From the NCBI GenBank assembly GCA_963422735.1, contig OY730476.1:2432001-2496000 (forward strand): a stretch of DNA of 64,000 nucleotides, in the 5' to 3' direction. The first letter of the stretch is position 1; the number at the start of each line of letters is the position of its first letter. Origin of the DNA: Candidatus Latescibacterota bacterium. GTDB taxonomy: Bacteria; Latescibacterota; UBA2968; UBA8231. The position numbers and the translations under genes were made by a program. This document shows positions 58,207 to 64,000 of this stretch, piece by piece. The notes beneath the pieces are model-generated. The model saw nothing but the letters and a program-made list of their open reading frames with translations. It did not search any database and was not told the origin of the DNA.

Positions 58207-58745
58207 GCTAGCGCCTGATACTTCTCGTCGAGGTCGGTCGCAATGCCCTTGTGGATACCATGGAATACCCGCTGGTAGTCGCCCCTTCTTTGCGCCTCTA
58301 CGTCCATCCAGAAGCCTGGGAGGCCCGCGCTGCGAATGAAGCCATCTGCGCTTGGCGCGACCTCCTGATAGCGGCCATCGGCCAACCGGAACCAAGTCGT
58401 GTTTCCCGCGCTGCCGCCGGAGGCGATGTACTCGATGACGCCGGCTTCCGCCAACAGTTCTTGCGACTTTTCCATTAGGTCGGAGGACTGCTCGGCGTGT
58501 GGGAAAATCTCTGCTACGAGGCTCGGTGGGCCGCGATAGATGTCGCGGTTGCGCCGGGTATTTACGGTGAGGCCGCAGACGGCCATGATCTGAGGGTAGA
58601 TGACGACCCCTGGCAAGATCTCGGACCCGGTCTGCACGACCACATCTAGGCGAAACGCCTTGCAGTGGATGCGATAGTAGTTGATCGGTGTGAGCAGATC
58701 CGCCCACCCTCGCCCTACGTCCACAGTGAATCTCCTATTCCACAT
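58203..58745 (-). CDS. Uma2/DUF820 family endonuclease-like protein (divergent)
   Basis: YRGPPSLVAEI...DL.EK...AGVIEY, WFRL.DG.Y, G.IRS..LPGFWMD. Confidence 0.7.
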   Translation of the reverse strand: MWNRRFTVDVGRGWADLLTPINYYRIHCKAFRLDVVVQTGSEILPGVVIYPQIMAVCGLTVNTRRNRDIYRGPPSLVAEIFPHAEQSSDLMEKSQELLAEAGVIEYIASGGSAGNTTWFRLADGRYQEVAPSADGFIRSAGLPGFWMDVEAQRRGDYQRVFHGIHKGIATDLDEKYQALA

Positions 58746-58828
58746 GGCTGTCCCTTCGGTTGAACTTACCTATACAAATGTTCAAGCAAAAGAAGGGCAC
58801 TGTCAACCTCTTGGGACTCAGCGCGGGG

Positions 58829-59662
58829 CTAGGAGATGTTTTCGCGCGTCTTGACGATGTCTTTGTATTCGTAGTACGGGGCCAATTCGAGTAGGTCAAT
58901 CGTCTCGGGGTCGAGCCGCTGGCGAATGGCGTTTGGAAAGGGGCGGCGCTGGCCGGTGAGCATGTGCTGGACATTGTAGCGCAGGATGAGGAAGCGACGG
59001 TCGCGGTCGCGGGGCTGCCAAGTGAGCGCGCCGTGCATGAGATGCTCGGGCATGATGACCACGTCGCCGGCGCGAGGGCAGACATTGTGTACGCCCGGGG
59101 GCACGGTGTCGGCGACATAGTCCTCGTCTCCTTCGGCACCGGGGTAAAACATCCCTTGGGGTCGGTCGAAGTGGCCCTTGTGCGAGCCGGGCACGACGAT
59201 GAGGCCGCCGTCGCCGGGCAATACATCGCTCAAGTAAAAAAAGAAAATGAAGTCCGTGCAGCGGACCTTGCCGTCTTCGATGTAATAGCGCCGCACATCG
59301 GGCCGTTTGGACGGCTGCCACCCGGCGTGCAGGCGGTGGAAGCGATGGCCGTGGCGGTTGTAGCCCAAGGTGCCGCCGTTGAAGCGCGGCCGGCGATCGG
59401 TGAGTTCCATGAGGATCGGCCAAGTCGAAGGATGCCGGGTGAGCACTTCGAGGCTTTTGTCAAAGGCAAAGCCGTGCTGATAGCCCGTCAGGTCGCGGCG
59501 TGCGAGGTCCGCGCCGAATTCGGGCGGCCACTCTTCGGGCGGCATGTTGATGTAGCGATCGGCTGCCGCTTGGGCCGGCGCAAGCTCCTCTGGGCTGAGT
59601 ACGTCGCGCAAGTGAAGGTAGCCGGTCAAATCGAAGAAGTAGCGTTGGTTGGGCGTCATCAT
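58829..59662 (-). CDS. Phytanoyl-CoA dioxygenase (PhyH) family protein
   Basis: YFFDLTGYLHL, LHAG, GGLIVVPGSHK, AGDVVI.PE.LMHG. Confidence 0.88.
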   Translation of the reverse strand: MMTPNQRYFFDLTGYLHLRDVLSPEELAPAQAAADRYINMPPEEWPPEFGADLARRDLTGYQHGFAFDKSLEVLTRHPSTWPILMELTDRRPRFNGGTLGYNRHGHRFHRLHAGWQPSKRPDVRRYYIEDGKVRCTDFIFFFYLSDVLPGDGGLIVVPGSHKGHFDRPQGMFYPGAEGDEDYVADTVPPGVHNVCPRAGDVVIMPEHLMHGALTWQPRDRDRRFLILRYNVQHMLTGQRRPFPNAIRQRLDPETIDLLELAPYYEYKDIVKTRENIS

Positions 59663-59714
59663 GGGGTTGGGCCTTTGTTGGGGACGGGTAAGATAGCCGT
59701 TTCAACGACACCTT

Positions 59715-60570
59715 TCAAGCGCACCTCAGTGGAACACAATCCCGCCCAGATAATTGTTTTGCATACCGGTTACATAGTCGATGAACACCCGCGTCCCGGC
59801 CACTACGGCCTCGCCCAGAACCAGCCCCAGAAAGAAGGGTTTGAGGCGGTTCAACAGCGTCAGTCCGCCATATTTGAGCACCGTGCTCTTGATGAGCCAA
59901 GCGACAAACACAGCTAAACCACATCTTGCCGAAGACGCAGCTAATCGGGAATCCGAGAGAGTGGAAGGGCCATCACAGGAACCGGTACTCGAGCCGCTGG
60001 CGGCCGTGGTCGGCGATCATGGCCAACGGGAGTTGGATCATGGGATAGGCCAGACGCTCGTGTTCTACCCATTGTCGGCGCACGATCACCATTAGGCAGA
60101 GACCGAAGGCCAAGCCAAAGATGGCCCAGTAGAGCAGTGGTGCTGCCCAGATCGCCCACGGCACGGCCCCAGTGGGGCCGCCCTCGTAAAAGCCCCAGAT
60201 CGGCTTTGGGGCACCGGCCAATCGGGCATATAGGGCTGGACGATCTCGGCCCAGCCGTTTTCCGGCGTGGCGTAATAATAGGCCCCAGTGATTACTGGCA
60301 GGAGTTGCGCGGGCAGGCCGCGGCTCGACAGGGTATTGGCCAGCAGGATCAAGCCAGTTCGCCGCGCTGCAAGGGCAGGCGCGGATGCAGCAGCTTTAAG
60401 AGTGGGTTTAAGAGAGCGACTAGCACAAAAAAGAAAAATATCGCCGCGGGGGTCAGGTTCCATACCACCAGCCCAGAGCCTTTGACGATCATGTCGTTGT
60501 AGGTTGAGCCGAGGCCGATGCAAAGGGCACCGAGTAGCCCGACGATCAGCACCTTGGGCGTACATCCCTT
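59715..60570 (-). pseudogene. DUF6785/6784-like membrane protein with large internal deletions and frameshifts
   Basis: YYATPENGW, VPWAIWAAPL, RRQWVEHERLAYP, AWLIKSTVLKYGG..PFFLGL spread over several frames in ~850 bp. Confidence 0.8.
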
Positions 60571-60671
60571 TATCGCTGGTGGAGAACGCTTTTCCTCTCG
60601 CGTTTTGCCTTCCTCTTGACAGTGCCTGTAGCCGTGTACGACCTTCCGCATACACAATAGGAGGCCCTATT

Positions 60672-61928
60672 ATGGAAAAAGTACCGCTTTGCGTCGTCGG
60701 CTGCGGCGGCATGGGCCATCGCCACATCATGGCCTACAAGGTGTTGGAAGATAGCGGCGTCGGCAACGTCGAATTGATGGCCGTCTGCGATGTGCGCCGG
60801 GAGAGTGCCGAGTTCGCCGCCCGCGAAGTGCAGCGGCTGTTCGGGCGCGAGCCGCTGATCTTTACGGATATGGACTCGATGCTCAAGCGCGATGATATCC
60901 TGGCCATCGATGTGGTTACCGACGGCTCAACGCACCACCGGGTGGCCGTGCCGGCCCTCTTGGCCGGCAAGCACGCGCTGGTGGAAAAGCCCCTCGGCAT
61001 TACCATGCGCGCCTGCCAAGCCATGATCGACGCAGCCCGCACCGGCGGTGCCGTGCTGGCCACCGCCGAAAACTACCGCCGCGACCCGCCCAACCGCTTG
61101 GCGCGGGCCATCGTCGAGTCCGGCCTGCTCGGAGATCCCTTTTTGATGATACAGGCATCGGCCGGCGGCAGCGACAGCATAACCATCACGCCTTGGCGCC
61201 ATCTAAAGGAAAAGGGGGCCATTGGCTTGGACATGGGCGTTCACTACGGCGATATCATCCAATACTACATGGGGGACTACGCGCATGTCTTCGGCGGTGG
61301 CTTCATCGTCGAGCCGGTGCGGCGCAGGCCAGAAGGCTACGACGATCACCCCCTCGAATCCTACCGCGAGCGGGCCAAGACCTATCCCGATACCGTAGAG
61401 GCCACGGGCGAGGATTCAGTCGTCGCACTGTACAGGATGCGGTCCGGTGCGTTGGCGCAGCTCGTGCTGGTGGCGGGTCGCGGCGGTCGGGGAAGGGAGC
61501 GCAGCGTCCACGGCCGCTGGGGCGCACTCTATTCTCCCGGCGACCGCAATGGTCGGCCCGTGGTGCTGCGCTTGGAAGGCAAGGAGCTAAAAGGCCGCGA
61601 AATCCTCTCGCTTCTGCCGGATTTTCACCTCGACGAGATCACCGAACGCCTCTTCGGTGTCGGCGGCGTAGAATACGATCACTCCGCAGCATCCTTCTAC
61701 GAAATCGACTCCCGGCACTTAGCCATCGAGTACCACGACTTTGGCCAAGCCATACTCACCGGCGGCCAACCCGAAGTGGATGGCCTAGGCGGGATGCAGG
61801 CCGTCGCGGCGATTGTGGGAGCCTATGAGTCGGCACTCGCCGGGCGTTCGCTGTCTATGGAGGAGATTCTGAGCGGCACCGTGCGGGCCTATCAGCAAGA
61901 CATTGACGAGGCACTTGGGTTGGACTAA
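60672..61928 (+). CDS. Gfo/Idh/MocA family oxidoreductase
   Basis: VVGCGGMG, GKHALVEKPL, AENYRRDP, DMGVH; AGGAGG RBS. Confidence 0.92.
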   Translation: MEKVPLCVVGCGGMGHRHIMAYKVLEDSGVGNVELMAVCDVRRESAEFAAREVQRLFGREPLIFTDMDSMLKRDDILAIDVVTDGSTHHRVAVPALLAGKHALVEKPLGITMRACQAMIDAARTGGAVLATAENYRRDPPNRLARAIVESGLLGDPFLMIQASAGGSDSITITPWRHLKEKGAIGLDMGVHYGDIIQYYMGDYAHVFGGGFIVEPVRRRPEGYDDHPLESYRERAKTYPDTVEATGEDSVVALYRMRSGALAQLVLVAGRGGRGRERSVHGRWGALYSPGDRNGRPVVLRLEGKELKGREILSLLPDFHLDEITERLFGVGGVEYDHSAASFYEIDSRHLAIEYHDFGQAILTGGQPEVDGLGGMQAVAAIVGAYESALAGRSLSMEEILSGTVRAYQQDIDEALGLD

Positions 61929-62947
61929 AGGGTCGTTACCATGACCCAAAACGGCTGCTTGCCCACTTCGCAATCCGCGATGGGCTGTAGTGCGCCGCTG
62001 GTTGCATCGACTTGATAACAAGTCATGCGGTCGGCGGCTTCTCCGGCGCAGTACAGGTACGTGCCGGTCGGGTCGATGTTAAACGAGCGCGGGCTGGCCG
62101 GCACCGGGTAGTGCCCAAATGGGCTGAGCGCACCTGCGGCGTCGATGTGATAGCCGACGATGCTGTCGTGGCCGCGATTGGATGCGTAGCACCACCGGCC
62201 ATTGGGGTGGACTTCGACGTGGGCGGTGTTCCCGCCGTCGGCGTAGTCCGCGGGCAGGGTCGAAATGTCTTGGAAGATGGAGAGGGTGCCGCGCTCGGGG
62301 TCGAAGCGGTGGGCGGTTACTGTGTTGCCCTGTTCGTTGACGATGTACGCGACATCGCCGAGCGGGCGGAAGCATATATGTCGGGGGCCAGGCTCGCCCG
62401 CCGGCGGAGCCAGCACGGCCGGGTCGTTGGGCGAGAGTTGGCCGGTGCTGGCGTCGAAGCGGAACTGGCTGGTCTTGTTGTTGGGACAGACGTGGGGCAC
62501 AAAGACAAAGCGCTCGCCCTCGGTCAGCAAAACGGCGTGGGCCTTGGGGCCAGTGTCGATGCGCTGGACGAGGTCGCCGATGGCTCCGTCGTCGCCCAAG
62601 CGATGCACGGTGACGCCGCCGCCGGTGTAATAAGCGGTGAGGAGAAAGCGGCCAGTGCGGTCGGTAATGAGGTGGGCCGGGGTGTCAAGGCCGGTATCCA
62701 CCTTGTTGAGCAGGGTCAACTCGCCCGATGCGGTGTCGAGGTGGAAGCTAGCGAGGGTCGTGGACCCGACGTGGGCATCGTAGAGCACGGGGCGCGACGG
62801 ATGCAAAAAGAGCGCACCCGAAGGGCCATGTGCTGGGCTGGTGGCGCGCAGCTTTAGTTCGCCCGATTGGGGGTCGAGGTCGTAGAGTTTGATGGCTTCG
62901 TCGCCGGTGAGCGAGACAAAAACGACGGGTCGTTCTTGTGCGGTCAT
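61925..62947 (-). CDS. Lactonase family (6-phosphogluconolactonase-like) beta-propeller
   Basis: PAHL..D..GRFLLTAYY, AHAV, GPRH, YASNRGHDSI, PRSFNIDP. Confidence 0.9.
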   Translation of the reverse strand: MTAQERPVVFVSLTGDEAIKLYDLDPQSGELKLRATSPAHGPSGALFLHPSRPVLYDAHVGSTTLASFHLDTASGELTLLNKVDTGLDTPAHLITDRTGRFLLTAYYTGGGVTVHRLGDDGAIGDLVQRIDTGPKAHAVLLTEGERFVFVPHVCPNNKTSQFRFDASTGQLSPNDPAVLAPPAGEPGPRHICFRPLGDVAYIVNEQGNTVTAHRFDPERGTLSIFQDISTLPADYADGGNTAHVEVHPNGRWCYASNRGHDSIVGYHIDAAGALSPFGHYPVPASPRSFNIDPTGTYLYCAGEAADRMTCYQVDATSGALQPIADCEVGKQPFWVMVTTL

Positions 62948-63046
62948 TGAGGTTTGCTCCTTTGTGATTTTGTGCGAATAAGATAGCGGATTACTGCGGT
63001 GGGGTCGCCGATGGCTCCGAGGAAGCCAATGGAGCCAGAGCCATCC

Positions 63047-63323
63047 TTACACATGCACATACCCCCTGCCAATCGCGGTCCGACAGATGACCAACAAACC
63101 AGGGTAGCTAGCAGGCGGCAGAGTAGCGAAAAAACTGCGAAAAACTGAGGGGACCCGCAAACCAGCCTGCGACCAATCCTGCAATACGTAGTCCGTAGCG
63201 GTTTGGCTCGTAATCAGGCCGCGAGGCATGATAAACCGGAGAGGAGATGACTACTGTCGGCCGGCGTTTGATGCCCGTTACACCAGGGAAGTCAAGCACC
63301 ACTAGGTCGCCCGGATTAAACAA
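63047..63323 (-). pseudogene. PemK/MazF family toxin, frameshifted by a short deletion
   Basis: GDLVVLDFPG..GIKRRP.VVIS...SRPD, then GLITSQ..DW..AGL..PS in another frame. Confidence 0.8.
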
Positions 63324-63540
63324 GGTCCTCCTCCTCCTCCGGGTAGAGTTGTGCCGCATACTGTAAGGAGGCGGAGGTTAAGTCGCTTTGATCTTGTTCG
63401 CTCCAAGTGTCACTTCGGTCCACAACAACAACTTCGGCCTGTGCCAACTCCTGTAAAATGAGTGCTGCGAGACGAAACTGCTCGCTCGGTGATAGGGCGC
63501 GAACGGTTTCGGTGAAGACTTCTTGTGCGGTCGAGGTCCT
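63316..63540 (-). pseudogene. Putative cognate antitoxin, start codon apparently lost (not in the ORF track)
   Basis: Open frame STAQEVFTETVRALSPSEQFRLAALILQEL...WSEQDQSDL...YPEEEDLV* overlapping the toxin start; acidic C-terminus. Confidence 0.65.
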
Positions 63541-63696
63541 GTTGATTTCTCTCAGAAGGCGTTTTTAGCGATTCTTCGGTTGTCTATTTCAGTTCTCTAA
63601 ACTATGGATAGGAGTTCCCGACAGAAACAGAATGTTCACACTCGTAACAGAAGCGTATTAAAATAGATTCAACCTCAACGAACGGCTATCCCATCC

Positions 63697-64000
63697 ATGA
63701 CCACTCCGCGACGCCAGGCGACGATCATCGTGCTCTTCAGTGCGTTGACGGTCCTCGCCAGCATGGGGATCCGCCAGTCGTTTGGCCTCTTTCTACAGCC
63801 GATTAGCGACAGCTTGAGCTTGGGGCGCGAAGTATTCAGCTTGGCCATAGCACTGCAAAACGTGGTCTTTGGTCTGCCCTTGTTCGGGATAATCGCCGAC
63901 CGCTATGGCGCGCGGTGGGTCGTGCTAGGGGGTGCGCTGCTCTACGCGGCCGGGTGCCTGCTGGTGCCGGCTAGCAGCGGCCCGCTCGGCTTGTATCTAA
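63697..64000 (+). CDS. MFS transporter, N-terminal part (runs off window end)
   Basis: MGIRQSFGLFL.P...GREVFSLAIALQN..FG...GIIADRYGAR. Confidence 0.88.
   Translation, partial: MTTPRRQATIIVLFSALTVLASMGIRQSFGLFLQPISDSLSLGREVFSLAIALQNVVFGLPLFGIIADRYGARWVVLGGALLYAAGCLLVPASSGPLGLYL

Noticed and set aside
57457-58707. 416-aa version of the amidohydrolase-like ORF
   Set aside because: The N-terminal extension overlaps the Uma2 gene in another frame; the ATG at 58206 coupled to the Uma2 stop is more plausible
63649-63663. AGAAGCGTATTAAAA resembling the MITE TIR
   Set aside because: Imperfect, with no partner TIR or MITE interior nearby
1-64000. tRNA, rRNA, CRISPR array, prophage or integrase
   Set aside because: No cloverleaf, rRNA signature, repeat-spacer array or phage/integrase ORF seen by eye

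Overview
Bacterial genomic window. The family mix (FlgD-Ig/T9SS-type C-terminal domains, DUF6785/6784-like membrane proteins, several PhyH dioxygenases, CRTAC1/ASPIC-UnbV, YWTD and ankyrin repeats) suggests an FCB-group or Poribacteria-like organism such as Latescibacterota; this taxonomy is inference only. The main feature is a largely intact, co-oriented, visibly less GC-rich block at about 2.85-34.8 kb. It encodes two secreted proteins with FlgD/T9SS-like C-terminal domains, three tandem ~920-1070 aa paralogues that I cannot assign to a named family (probable outer-membrane beta-barrels with Asp-rich Ca-binding inserts), a DUF5683-like protein, lipoproteins, DUF4159, a Na+/solute symporter, DUF4340, two TPR proteins, a CsgG-like protein, CRTAC1 and a DUF6785-like transporter. 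This is a candidate undescribed envelope secretion or uptake system. Two inverted copies of a 146-bp IS5/IS1031-like MITE bracket the core of the block. The remainder holds sugar-metabolism genes (NanA/DapA-like lyase, Gfo/Idh/MocA oxidoreductases, lactonase, a ThuA-GSDH-PKD-CBM6 protein, an ABC solute-binding protein, amidohydrolases) among many pseudogenes, chimeric gene fragments and decayed toxin-antitoxin/Fic genes. No rRNA, tRNA or CRISPR array was seen. All family calls come from recognising motifs by eye, not from database searches.
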